DNA of 56,727 nt from Candidatus Hodarchaeota archaeon (GCA_048886745.1 JBHLKK010000004.1:1-56727), one strand, 5' to 3'. Positions 36,674-46,722 are shown, numbered from the stretch's first letter. A program made the numbers and translations. Notes: generated by a model from the letters alone, not told the origin.

Positions 36674-37981
36674 TCAGGATTTTCTGATTACTTTTAACAT
36701 TTTTAACAGGATCTCTTCGTCAGGAAGACATCCTGCTGGAGGTTCAACTATCTTCTTCAATCTAAGGGGAACCCGATCCATCCTATATGCGGTTCCCTCA
36801 ACTTCAATTCCAACAATAGCGGATGGAATTACAATATCAGCTATCTCAGTTGTCGGAGTCCTGTGGGGATCTATTGCAATCATTGGTATTCTCGCAAGAT
36901 GTTCTGCTGCTTTTATTGGAAAATTCGAAACCGGGTCTGAAGCTACTATTAGTGCCGCATCAACCTCTTCTCGTAAAAGAAGTTCGACGGCGGTTGTCTC
37001 TCCAGGGTTGTATCGAGGATAACCCCTACTGAAATCAACTCCGAAAGGAAAACCCGTGGTCCAAGTCGAAACTGCATTCACTCCTGTGACATTATAGTGT
37101 CCTCTCATTGGCATTATTATCCATTTTGTATGGTCGTTCAGATCACTTGTGAGACATACGGCTGCATCTATGTTCCTATGCTTTCCTCTGCTCATTGTCA
37201 ATCCTAAACCAAAGAACAGGGCTCCATATTCCGCATTCTTCATTAACTCTGCAAGTTCTAGTATTCTTTCCTTAGGAATACCTGCTACAGTCTTTTGATC
37301 CAAATCTCCCGTCTTTATTGCTATTCTTAACGCAGAGAGAAGTTCATAATCGCTATTTGGCTTCACTTTCAAGAAACGTGTTGCAACTTTTGCAGTTTTG
37401 GTTTCCCTAGCGTCAACCACAATGAGTTTCCTGTCTTTTGAGCTCTTTCGGAAAAGACCTTTGGAAAGATGGGTGTATCTGCTAAGATGTCTTGGATGGG
37501 CCTCCAATGGATTACTACCCCAATAGATTATCAAATCCGCTCGATTTTTCACTTCGCCTAAGGTGCACGCGCTCATTCCTACCTCATGAAATGCCAAGGT
37601 AGTTGGGCCATGACAGACCGAAGTCGTGTTATCAAATATACCGCCAATCTCTTCCGCTATTTCCAATCCGATCTTTTGTGCTTCACAGCTTGTTGTACTC
37701 CATCCATATAGAAGAGGTAGCCTTGCATTTGATAATATTTCAGCACTATTTTTGATCGCCTGATCCAATGTGGCATCGATCAATCTACCTTGTTCCCTGA
37801 CTAGTGGTTTTCCTAGTCTTTCTGTATCTTCGGCGGTAAGCAATCTTGCCTTTCCTAGCGCACAGGTCTTCTTGGTCTTTGTTATCCTATTATTGTCTAT
37901 GGTAACTTCTATATCATCACACAAACATCCGCAGAATGAGCAAATAACATCATTAACAATCTTCATAGATAGCACCTTCAT
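36674..37981 (-). CDS. fwdB: Formylmethanofuran dehydrogenase subunit B (Mo/W-bisPGD, Cys ligand)
   Basis: CSFCGCLCDD, TTSVCHGP, GEVKNRAD, HPRHLSRY, RGHYNV, GTAYRMD. Confidence 0.97.
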   Translation of the reverse strand: MKVLSMKIVNDVICSFCGCLCDDIEVTIDNNRITKTKKTCALGKARLLTAEDTERLGKPLVREQGRLIDATLDQAIKNSAEILSNARLPLLYGWSTTSCEAQKIGLEIAEEIGGIFDNTTSVCHGPTTLAFHEVGMSACTLGEVKNRADLIIYWGSNPLEAHPRHLSRYTHLSKGLFRKSSKDRKLIVVDARETKTAKVATRFLKVKPNSDYELLSALRIAIKTGDLDQKTVAGIPKERILELAELMKNAEYGALFFGLGLTMSRGKHRNIDAAVCLTSDLNDHTKWIIMPMRGHYNVTGVNAVSTWTTGFPFGVDFSRGYPRYNPGETTAVELLLREEVDAALIVASDPVSNFPIKAAEHLARIPMIAIDPHRTPTTEIADIVIPSAIVGIEVEGTAYRMDRVPLRLKKIVEPPAGCLPDEEILLKMLKVIRKS

Positions 37982-38403
37982 TGCTTGAACTTAAGCAGGG
38001 TCTTTATGAATTCCTTGGGAGTAGACGGTTTTTCTCCTGGTGCCACCGTCAAAGTTCCCCTAACACCCTTAAAAGAAGGCATTCCAGTGGCATCGGTATT
38101 TGGGCTAATTACACGATTTGCCCAAAGACCCATAGGGATAAAAACAGTGCCGATATCAAGGGATTTAGATGGTTTAGCGATAAATACGCTCTCGCCATAA
38201 TCTGTCCTTAGTTTCACTGTTTCCCCTTCCTTGACTTTAAGCTTCTCCATATCCTCTGGACATAATTCACAGGTGGCTGCAATATTTGGTAGGTCATCTG
38301 AAATCTTTTTGCCTTCAATGGCTTTTCCTTGATCTAAGGTTCTACCGGTGATTATGACAACTTTCAGAATCTCATCTTTGCGTCTCATTTTCCCCACAAT
38401 CAA
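37978..38403 (-). CDS. fwdD: Formylmethanofuran dehydrogenase subunit D
   Basis: ITGRTLDQG, FIPMGLWAN, TDATGMPSFKG. Confidence 0.93.
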   Translation of the reverse strand: MIVGKMRRKDEILKVVIITGRTLDQGKAIEGKKISDDLPNIAATCELCPEDMEKLKVKEGETVKLRTDYGESVFIAKPSKSLDIGTVFIPMGLWANRVISPNTDATGMPSFKGVRGTLTVAPGEKPSTPKEFIKTLLKFKQ

Positions 38404-38491
38404 TACTTTTCCGATGATTCTTTGCCAAGGATTTTCTATTACTCTTAGTCAAACATATAAGTTTTTGGTGCAAATCCAATTATGTTTTGGT

Positions 38492-39529
38492 TTACCTAAG
38501 CGTTCTTGCTTTTCCTGTAATAGTATCAGAGAGCTTCCAAAGTTGATCTTGTTCTGGCAGCGGCAGATCTAATATTTTTCCATCTCTTTTGACAATTCTC
38601 CGACCTTTATTCTTCTCTGTTGCTTCACCGATTATCTCGGCTTTAATACCGGCCTTATTAAGGCCATCGACTATTCTTTGACTGGTTTTTGCGGTTGCGA
38701 TGATAATTAATGCACCTGAACTTATTACCTGCAGTGGATCCAAACCGAATAGTTGACACATTTTCTGTGTTTCCGGGGCAACATAGATCTTGTCTTCATG
38801 CACCAAAAAACCTATGTTTGAAGCTTCTCCTAATTCATGTAATGCTGCTGCAACTCCTCCTTCCGTAGCATCATGCATTGCAGTAACTTCCCCATTCTTA
38901 ACGGCAATGAGAGCGTCTTTTACAACACTGATTTTCTGAATAAATGATTTCCCCCTCTCTACAGTCTCTGATCCCAGTTCCTTTTTGATTTCTTCCGCCA
39001 TGTCTGTAGCCAGTATTATCGTACATTCTATTGCTGCTCCTTTTGTCAAGATTATCTTGTCTCCTGGTTTTGCTCCTCCAGAAGTCACGTATTTGTCTTT
39101 TTTGATTATTGCAGCCATAGTCCCTGCAATGATAGGGTGATCAATACCATCAATGAACTCTGTATGACCTCCAACTACGGCTACTCCTAGTTCTGTGGCA
39201 GCCTCATGGATTTGCTTCATGATCTTTTCTACAGTTTTAACTGTAGTGGTGGTAGGCATTATGAGGGTTGGCAAAAACCATCTTGGCTCCGCTCCTCTTG
39301 TGGCTATGTCATTGGCATTAACATGAACGGACAGCCAGCCCGCCCGTTCAACCGCCCCAGTTATGGGGTCTGCCTTTAGTATAAGGATACTAGTTCCCAA
39401 ATCAATCAAAGCAGTATCTTCGCCTACTCTTGGTCCAAGTAAAACGGAACTGTCCTGAACCCCCGTGTAAGGAAATACGAATTTCTTGAGATCTTCTAGA
39501 CTGATTTTGCCTACAGGTCTTCTTAGCAT
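38492..39529 (-). CDS. AIR-synthase-related protein (PurM/HypE/ThiL fold)
   Basis: GKISLEDL, GEDTA, VHVNANDIATRGAEP, VVGGHTE, AMHDATEGG, ISSGAL. Confidence 0.88.
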   Translation of the reverse strand: MLRRPVGKISLEDLKKFVFPYTGVQDSSVLLGPRVGEDTALIDLGTSILILKADPITGAVERAGWLSVHVNANDIATRGAEPRWFLPTLIMPTTTTVKTVEKIMKQIHEAATELGVAVVGGHTEFIDGIDHPIIAGTMAAIIKKDKYVTSGGAKPGDKIILTKGAAIECTIILATDMAEEIKKELGSETVERGKSFIQKISVVKDALIAVKNGEVTAMHDATEGGVAAALHELGEASNIGFLVHEDKIYVAPETQKMCQLFGLDPLQVISSGALIIIATAKTSQRIVDGLNKAGIKAEIIGEATEKNKGRRIVKRDGKILDLPLPEQDQLWKLSDTITGKARTLR

Positions 39530-39641
39530 ATGATTCCCTCCGCCGAATGAAGGTTAAAATGAACGTTCTATCATTTAATGCCTTTATGCGTTAATCACTT
39601 TTTCGCTGAAAAAGTAATTAAATAATGAGGATTTATATTCA

Positions 39642-40583
39642 TTGGGAGAACAACTGAACGAGTTTGGAGGGATTCATTTGGTTGTAAGGCGTCCAGTTGC
39701 AACTGGCTTTTACTCATCATCGCCCGATGAGACGAAAGAACTTATTAGAAGCTCTTTCCTGAATCCTCATGGTCCCGGTAGGTTACCCAAAACAGAAAAT
39801 GATGGGTCACGCAGAATAATCGCGGGAATCAGTCCTCATGCAGGATATATCTATTCTGGTCCTATTGCCGCCCATCTCTTTTACGAGCTGGCTCATGATG
39901 GCCGGCCTGAGACTTTTGTGATTATTGGCCCCAGTCATGGTGGATACCTGGGGATTGCCATCATGAGAGAAGGACTCTGGCAAACCCCCTTGGGTAACGT
40001 TGAGATCGATAAAACAGTTGCCGAGTCCATAATGAAGCTAGGAAAAGAGCAAGATAAACGTCTTATAGTGGCAGATAGCTGGCCTCACGAGCGTGAACAC
40101 AGTCTAGAAGTTCAACTTCCTTTTCTTCAATTCCTTTATGGAGAAGGTTTTAAGATTGTTCCTATTGCTGTTGGAAGGTCTGATTTGGACACCTGTCGTC
40201 GTGTAGGTGAAGTTGTCGCCAAAGCCATAGAAAAAAGCAAACAGGACATTGTTATTTTGGCAAGCACTGATATGACTCATTACGGCTCTATGTTTTATGG
40301 TTTTGCTCCTATTGGCTCAGGCCCCATTGAAAAGGTAATTGAATGGGTTTACGAGACTGATGGGAGAATCATATCCGCCATTTGTGAACTTGATACTAAT
40401 AAAATGCTGAACCTCGCCAAAAAAACCACGATGTGTGGGTCAATACCGGTTGCTATTACAATGGAAGCCTCACGGGCTTTGGGGGCCCAAGAGGTCAAAA
40501 AACTGAAATATGCAACAAGTTTTGACATTCAGGGTAGTATAGACGCAATAGTGGGCTATCTTAGTATCAAAATAACGCACTAA
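39642..40583 (+). CDS. MEMO1 family protein (AmmeMemoRadiSam protein B)
   Basis: RRPVATGFY, SPHAGYIYSG, IGPSH, EHSLEVQLPFLQ, ASTDMTHYG, MCG, VGY. The start is probably TTG 39678. Confidence 0.93.
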   Translation: MGEQLNEFGGIHLVVRRPVATGFYSSSPDETKELIRSSFLNPHGPGRLPKTENDGSRRIIAGISPHAGYIYSGPIAAHLFYELAHDGRPETFVIIGPSHGGYLGIAIMREGLWQTPLGNVEIDKTVAESIMKLGKEQDKRLIVADSWPHEREHSLEVQLPFLQFLYGEGFKIVPIAVGRSDLDTCRRVGEVVAKAIEKSKQDIVILASTDMTHYGSMFYGFAPIGSGPIEKVIEWVYETDGRIISAICELDTNKMLNLAKKTTMCGSIPVAITMEASRALGAQEVKKLKYATSFDIQGSIDAIVGYLSIKITH

Positions 40584-40603
40584 CCAAAAACCAAAAGCGC
40601 TGA

Positions 40604-40861
40604 TTACTTCTTTCTCTTGGCTAATTCTTGAGCCCAAATTCCAAGCTCTGGGCACAAGATTGGCGATATTTCCTGTCCCGTTCCGCAGGCTTTTATTTCC
40701 TTACATATCAAACAAGGACATCCATGCAGATATGATTGCCCGAGTCTGGAATCGTCTTTGGAAGGGGTATATTCTTCATACAAAAGTCCACTACTGACAG
40801 GGTTCTTCTTCTTATGGACTTGTTCTTGCTCCTCCATCCTAACTGTCATCTCTGACACCAT
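40604..40861 (-). CDS. Small Rpc34/RPC39/TFE-beta-type four-Cys (Fe-S) domain protein lacking the wHTH
   Basis: PCLICKEIKACGTGQEISPILCPELGIW fits the PCxxCxxxxxCxxGxxISPxxCxxxxxW motif. Confidence 0.75.
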   Translation of the reverse strand: MVSEMTVRMEEQEQVHKKKNPVSSGLLYEEYTPSKDDSRLGQSYLHGCPCLICKEIKACGTGQEISPILCPELGIWAQELAKRKK

Positions 40862-41222
40862 TTACTTTTATGTCCGAGACATGGGATTGCTTTAGCTCTC
40901 TTCTACCTTTGCTCACCCACTTTCCTCTTCGTAAGGCATCTCTTAAAGCATAGTAGACCTTATTAGTTAAAAAGGTATGTGTTACAGAACTCTTACTTCT
41001 CATTTTTTGGCTGACAGCGATAAGAATCTCCCGACATTATTAGAGAATGCGGCTCAATTCAGATTATATTTACTCTCTAGCAGATTTGTGCAATAATAGG
41101 CCCGTTTATCGCATTGGCAAAGTCAATAGATGCGCTTTTCATAATAATGGATCGTTTTTTTGCGAAATTGTTAAATACCTATACTACTTAATTATGAATG
41201 TAGCAGTTACTGGGGGCATAAG

Positions 41223-41744
41223 ATGCGTCTAGACAAACTTGATCGCCAAATCTTGGCTATGCTGGTTGAGGATGCCAGAACTCCTTTTACAAAGATTGCC
41301 AGTAGTGTAACCAAAGAATTGCGTAAAATGGGAGAACTTGGTCCCAAAGATAAGATTCCCGATACCACCATACACTTCAGAGTTAAGAAACTCAAGGATA
41401 GTGGAATCATAAATAGGTTTACAATAAATATACCGCCTGAAAGCCTCGGATTTGAGCTGTTTGCCTTGATTAGCTTCAAGATTGGTGGCCATATAATCGA
41501 AGACATTAGTGTGAAAAGGACGGAGGAGATTTCAAAGAAATTCCTGAAGAATACGCACATCAGATTCTTGGCAACTGGTGAGGATAAGACCTCGCTGTAT
41601 GCATTAGTTATCGCTGAAAACCAAGATGCGCTCGAGTCCTTCGTTAGAGAACTTAGAAATGATCCGGACATTCAAGAAATAAATTTGTGGAGTATATCGA
41701 AAATATTGAAAGGTAAAAACATGATTACCCCAAGTCCTATATAA
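41223..41744 (+). CDS. Lrp/AsnC family transcriptional regulator with an insertion in the HTH
   Basis: LDKLDRQILAMLVEDARTPF...TTIHFRVKKLKDSGII...LGFELFA. Confidence 0.88.
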   Translation: MRLDKLDRQILAMLVEDARTPFTKIASSVTKELRKMGELGPKDKIPDTTIHFRVKKLKDSGIINRFTINIPPESLGFELFALISFKIGGHIIEDISVKRTEEISKKFLKNTHIRFLATGEDKTSLYALVIAENQDALESFVRELRNDPDIQEINLWSISKILKGKNMITPSPI

Positions 41745-41762
41745 TAAAGAGGAGGAAAATCG

Positions 41763-42500
41763 ATGAAAAGACAAGTTTTGCGACGCACTAAAACCGGAAT
41801 CCCCGGGCTTGATGGCATTCTTCACGGAGGCTTCATACAAGGAAACAACACACTGTTAACAGGCGGGGCTGGGACTGGCAAAACTATAATCGGAATGCAA
41901 TTTCTCTATAATGGTGTTATTGAAAATAAAGAGCCAGGTGTTTTTATAACTTTAGAGGAGATTCCCAAAGAGCTTAGGCGTGAAGCTCTCCAGTTTGGCT
42001 GGGACCTAACAGCACTGGAAAAGCAGAATAAGCTTGCAATTATCGATGCAGCGTCGGCGAGAGCTGGTTTGCCCACGGACGAGGTTTATGCCGTCCGAAG
42101 AGGCTTTGGAATTAACGATCTGGCAGAGCAAATCTATATGGCAGCAAACAAAATCAACGCTCAGCGAGTTACTATTGATTCGTTATCCGCACTTGGTTTA
42201 AGATTTGATGACCTTGCAGGAATTAGAACCGCCATCTTCAAGCTTAGTGCTCTTCTTAGAGAGCTTAATACTACCTCCTTAATGACATCGGAGATAGTTG
42301 GCGAAGGCACTTACAGTCGATATGGTGTGGAAGAATTCGTGGCACAAGGTCTAATCTTGCTCTATTTGGATGAAAAAGAGGGCGAGCTAAGGCGAAGTTT
42401 AATCGTAAGGAAAATGCGATCGACAGCTCACTCTCTAAAAAGGTATCCATTTGAAATATCAAGTCGTGGTATTGTAGTTATGCCAGGAGAGGAAGTATAA
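41763..42500 (+). CDS. Single-domain KaiC/RAD55-like RecA-superfamily ATPase
   Basis: KTGIPGLDGILHGG, GGAGTGKT, ITLEE, VTIDS, VRKMRST, YPFEI. Confidence 0.93.
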   Translation: MKRQVLRRTKTGIPGLDGILHGGFIQGNNTLLTGGAGTGKTIIGMQFLYNGVIENKEPGVFITLEEIPKELRREALQFGWDLTALEKQNKLAIIDAASARAGLPTDEVYAVRRGFGINDLAEQIYMAANKINAQRVTIDSLSALGLRFDDLAGIRTAIFKLSALLRELNTTSLMTSEIVGEGTYSRYGVEEFVAQGLILLYLDEKEGELRRSLIVRKMRSTAHSLKRYPFEISSRGIVVMPGEEV

Positions 42501-42554
42501 GCATCATAGCCCGACAAAACTTTTTTTGATCTTTAGGCTTCTAAGGTAGTGATT

Positions 42555-43331
42555 TTACGCAAAAACAAAAGAGAACATCATAAGAATTATGTCACCCAAC
42601 ACAACCGTCATAATGAATGCTATCAGGACAAATAATATGAGAGGAATGGGAGAGCTTACCCAGACTTTTAACTGCAGACCCTTTTCCTTCTTGTAGCTTT
42701 CAATCAGTTCTAGGTTCGTCTCATTTTCACATTCGATTCTTCTAAAGGTTTTCAGATACAGATCGTTGTCCCTAATTACTTCTCTGACTTGTATGTGTTT
42801 TTTACCTATGATCTTAGATACAGGAATCCTGTAGCATGTGAGCGATGTTAACACTCGTCTCCAAGACTTTTCTTTCTCAAATCCTTCAAAAGGGTTGTAA
42901 ATCGGTTTTGCTGTACCAATATTCCAGACTAACAACAAAATCGATGAAACAGCCAGTAGGACTAACATGTTATTAAATGTCGATATGGCAAAAATGGGGA
43001 GAGTTTGCAGATCTCCTATCAGATTAGGTGCGATTGGGAGAACGAGGGAGATGGAAAGCAGCGCCTTACCGTCAGCTCCCCCAAATACACCGATAGAGAA
43101 TAAAATGAACACCAAAAGAAAAGTGACACCAACAGAAATGAAAAAGAACAACAAATACTCAGAATTTAGATAGGTTCTGGCCAGTAGGATTACCAGACTT
43201 CCTCCGGCAGGGTATATCCATATCTTGTTATTTACCCTTCTGTATTTCCAATCCAACCAGGCTGTATAGCCTAGTACAGTAATTATTATTAAGACGCCTG
43301 CGATTTCGAGTAAGCTTTGTTCGAGTTGCAT
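42555..43331 (-). CDS. Class III signal (prepilin/prearchaellin) peptidase, A24 family
   Basis: AWLDWKYRRV, GVFGGADGKAL, WVSSPIPLILF. Confidence 0.88.
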   Translation of the reverse strand: MQLEQSLLEIAGVLIIITVLGYTAWLDWKYRRVNNKIWIYPAGGSLVILLARTYLNSEYLLFFFISVGVTFLLVFILFSIGVFGGADGKALLSISLVLPIAPNLIGDLQTLPIFAISTFNNMLVLLAVSSILLLVWNIGTAKPIYNPFEGFEKEKSWRRVLTSLTCYRIPVSKIIGKKHIQVREVIRDNDLYLKTFRRIECENETNLELIESYKKEKGLQLKVWVSSPIPLILFVLIAFIMTVVLGDIILMMFSFVFA

Positions 43332-43374
43332 ATCGGTCCTTTTTCAGTAGTAATGCTATTCTTATAAACTAATC

Positions 43375-44046
43375 TTATGTAATCGAAACCGGTCTTCCGG
43401 TCATGATTATTTCTTTTTCGTCCTTAACTATGCCTTTTTTGAGATACCCAATCAGTCCGGGCGCAAACAATGGTTTTCCGTCAACTTGCGGAAATGCAAA
43501 TGGCAAAGTTACACTATAATTATCGGTTATTGTTATCTCAGGTTTCAGGGTAATAGGAATGCTCTCAATGCCTTTCCCTTTGGCGATTTGTAACACAATA
43601 TACACAGCTCCATCAATAGAGAATTGGTGTTTTCCAATGTGCCTATAAGGGATGTCTTTCATCCTTTTGCTTAGGAGTAGCTCTGTACGACCGATTGGCG
43701 GGTGATCTCCCAGTATTCCTCCCAATATAATCCATTTATCCCCCTTGAGATCCTGGGGATCTAGAACAATATCAGCTCTAGGATCAAGTATTATCAGCTT
43801 GCTCCTGTCAAAAGGAAGCCTAGTTATGCTTAGGTTTGCTATACTGGCTATCTCAGCAAATTTTATTGCATCTCTTCTCTTTTTTATGTTTGTAATAAGA
43901 AGATTTTCTCTACCTACCAATCTGGAAACATGTCTGTATTCTAACCATATCCAGCGTCCAACCACTTTCTCTAGGTGTTCTATGATTATACGCGGCTCTT
44001 TTCCCATACCCATTGGCCGTAACCCTCCTTCCGAGAGGGAATCCAT
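43375..44046 (-). CDS. Sfm1-like SPOUT methyltransferase
   Basis: IIIEHLE, WIWLEYRH, ILDPRA, ILGGILGDHPPIGRT, QFSIDGAV, LPFAFP. Confidence 0.88.
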   Translation of the reverse strand: MDSLSEGGLRPMGMGKEPRIIIEHLEKVVGRWIWLEYRHVSRLVGRENLLITNIKKRRDAIKFAEIASIANLSITRLPFDRSKLIILDPRADIVLDPQDLKGDKWIILGGILGDHPPIGRTELLLSKRMKDIPYRHIGKHQFSIDGAVYIVLQIAKGKGIESIPITLKPEITITDNYSVTLPFAFPQVDGKPLFAPGLIGYLKKGIVKDEKEIIMTGRPVSIT

Positions 44047-44209
44047 GATTTCAGTCGTGTGTTCTTAGCCAAAGAAATGCGTAATGTAACTCCTCTTCCT
44101 TCAATAATAAAGGAGTTACTTCAGTTATTATGCCATGCGGTGCTTCTATTATACAGTGTGCCTCCATTATTCTAGAATACATATATTTTAAAGACATTGG
44201 AAATATCTG

Positions 44210-44497
44210 CTATATACGAATTATTGTGAATGTAAGAGTCCAAACGACTATCCATAAGAAAAAGAACTGAAGGAGACCCGAAGTAAAAGCTGATCTTCGT
44301 CCCCCGACCTCATCCGGGTCAATCCCCAGACCATAGATTGTTATAGGATATGTTGCAAACAGCATACAGATACCTAATATCGCTCCATATTTACCCTCGA
44401 AAGGTGGGTTGAATATTCCATTAAGTACCCCACATACAATACCTGTTATTATGGCTAGTATGATTTTCCCATAGTAGATTTTGTCCTTGTCTCGCAA
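44210..44497 (-). CDS. EMC6/Rab5ip-like three-TM protein
   Basis: IYYGKIILAIITGIVCGVL and AFTSGLLQFFFLWIVVWTL resemble EMC6 TM1 and TM3. 95 aa. Confidence 0.65.
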   Translation of the reverse strand: MRDKDKIYYGKIILAIITGIVCGVLNGIFNPPFEGKYGAILGICMLFATYPITIYGLGIDPDEVGGRRSAFTSGLLQFFFLWIVVWTLTFTIIRI

Positions 44498-44522
44498 GAT
44501 CTAATCCTCCTATTGGCGGGAA

Positions 44523-46532
44523 TTGAAATTGAGCGTTACACCCAAAGCTTCCATGTCGAACATTGATGTGGCTGCAATTACCACAGAGTTGTCTCCCTTG
44601 ATCAAAGGATCTTGGGTAAACAACATTTACCAAGTTAGTAATAAATTTTTATTTAAATTCAGATCCAAAGAGGGGAAATCATTAGTCCTTCTCATAGAAC
44701 CTGGCCATCGCGTTCACTTAACGAACTATGAACATCCGTTGCCCAAGTCCCCACCCATGTTTTGTCGGGCTCTTCGATCACGTCTAAAAAGACGCCTTTT
44801 AACTGATGTATATCAACACGATCTGGACAGGATACTGGTTCTCGATATTGGACAAGGAGAGGATAGGTATACGGTCATTATTGAACTTTTCGGTGTAGGG
44901 AATATGATTCTTGTTGATTGGATGGGAAAAATCGTTTTAGCTCAGCACTACAGGCGTATGAAGGATCGAGACATTATACTTAAGAAAAAGTTTGCATTTC
45001 CACCCAAAAGAGGAAAGGACATCACGGAACTGACAGAGAATAACTTAATCAATATTCTCTCATCTTCAGATGCTGATTTAGCTCGTACTCTTGTTACGAA
45101 TCTGAACATAGGGTCAGAATACGCTGAGGAAATTTGTCTCCGCTCAAATGTGAACAAATCTAGGAATGCTAAGGAGGTATCTTTGGATGAAGCTAATACA
45201 ATCTATTCAGAGATCTCGGGGATTTTTGAGAGAGTTCAAACTGCGGATTTTGAGCCAAACATAGTTTATGATAATAAGATTCCAATCAATGTTCTCCCTT
45301 TCATTTTCAGGAAACACGTCCCAGCGGATATCAAGGTTTTCTCGACATTCAATGAAGCTGCCGATACGTATTTCAGTTTTATCGAATCATCTGAAGTGGG
45401 GGAAGAACTGCACAGTGAAATTGATGAAAAAAAAGGCGAATTAATTAGAATATCTGAAAAGCAGAGAGAAAAAATAGAGGAGATGCAAGAACTTGCTGTG
45501 AAGTACAAGCATTATGCGGATTTGATCTACGCCAGTTTCCATCTGATTGAGGACTTACTATCCAAACTCAAGAGATCTAGGAAAGAAGGTCATTCTTGGG
45601 AGGAGATAATTGATATTATAAGTAATGATAAGGAAAGGGGGTTGCCTTATGCTGCCATCTTAGATAGTCTACACGCTTCATCGGCGAGTGCCATCGTAAG
45701 TCTAAATGGTGAGTTGATTTCCTTGGATTTCAGAGTAACTGCAAGCGAGAATGCAGCTCGGCTTTACGAGAAGGGCAAGAAAGCTGAAGCTAAGGTTAGA
45801 GGGGCCAAGATTGCGCTTGAAAAAACTCTAAAGAAGAAGGTCGGGCTAAAAAAACCCCCTAAAGAAAAGCCAATAGCTCTAGTTAAGAGGAGAGCCAAAA
45901 AATGGTATGAGAAGTTTCGCTGGTTTGCCTCATCTGATGGCTTTCTTGTGATTGGAGGTCGAGATGCAAAAACCAATGAAATTCTTGTTAAAAAGCATAT
46001 GTCGCATCAAGACATATTTATGCATGCAAACATCCATGGTGCACCAGCCGTCATAATTAAAGCCGAGGGAAAGAAGGTACCGGAAACAACTATTAACCAG
46101 GCTGCGGAGTTTGCTGCATCATTTTCAAAAGCTTGGAATGCTGGTTTGGGACGAATAGATGTATACTGGGTTAATGCTGATCAAGTTTCTTTTTCTCCAC
46201 CATCTGGTGAATATCTGGCAAAAGGCGCTATCATCGTCAAAGGAGAGAGAAATTATGTACGAGGTGTGCCTTTAAAGCTGGCCGTTGGAGTCGAATTCGA
46301 AAATGAGCATATTATTCCGATATGTGGGCCTGTTAACGCCATAGAAACCAAAACCAAAGTATTTGCAGTAATAACTCCTGGAGATATGAAGTTCGGGCAG
46401 CTTGTAAAATCACTGAAGGCAGCAATGATTCAGAAAGTTCCAAAAGCTCGAATGGAAAGGATTCAGGCAATTTCGCCTACAGAATTTCAAAATATAATAC
46501 CACCAGGAGGAGGGCAGATTAGCTACTCCTGA
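44523..46532 (+). CDS. rqc2: Ribosome quality-control NEMF/Rqc2 (RqcH) homologue
   Basis: MSNIDVAA, IELFGVGNMILVD, ENAARLYEKGKK, WYEKFRWF, GGRDAKTNE, HANIHGAP, PSGEYLAKG. Confidence 0.95.
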   Translation: MKLSVTPKASMSNIDVAAITTELSPLIKGSWVNNIYQVSNKFLFKFRSKEGKSLVLLIEPGHRVHLTNYEHPLPKSPPMFCRALRSRLKRRLLTDVYQHDLDRILVLDIGQGEDRYTVIIELFGVGNMILVDWMGKIVLAQHYRRMKDRDIILKKKFAFPPKRGKDITELTENNLINILSSSDADLARTLVTNLNIGSEYAEEICLRSNVNKSRNAKEVSLDEANTIYSEISGIFERVQTADFEPNIVYDNKIPINVLPFIFRKHVPADIKVFSTFNEAADTYFSFIESSEVGEELHSEIDEKKGELIRISEKQREKIEEMQELAVKYKHYADLIYASFHLIEDLLSKLKRSRKEGHSWEEIIDIISNDKERGLPYAAILDSLHASSASAIVSLNGELISLDFRVTASENAARLYEKGKKAEAKVRGAKIALEKTLKKKVGLKKPPKEKPIALVKRRAKKWYEKFRWFASSDGFLVIGGRDAKTNEILVKKHMSHQDIFMHANIHGAPAVIIKAEGKKVPETTINQAAEFAASFSKAWNAGLGRIDVYWVNADQVSFSPPSGEYLAKGAIIVKGERNYVRGVPLKLAVGVEFENEHIIPICGPVNAIETKTKVFAVITPGDMKFGQLVKSLKAAMIQKVPKARMERIQAISPTEFQNIIPPGGGQISYS

Positions 46533-46722
46533 CTCCCCAAGATCTGCCCTAATCCTATCTGAATTATGAGATCATTGAGGGAAGTCGCATTTAGGCGGTT
46601 TAAGCATCAATGAATATTGATTCTGATTCACCTATCTTGAACGCTTGCTTTAGGAAAGCCTGACTCGCATAATGCATAAATAATCATAGACTATTAGTTA
46701 GTTCTCGAGGGGGATATGCCAT

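Noticed and set aside
44051-44167. 38-codon minus-strand ORF (MEAHCIIEAPHG...) containing a 9-bp inverted repeat GTAACTCCT/AGGAGTTAC
   Set aside because: No homology cue. The repeat could be a chance event or a terminator/operator and cannot be supported.
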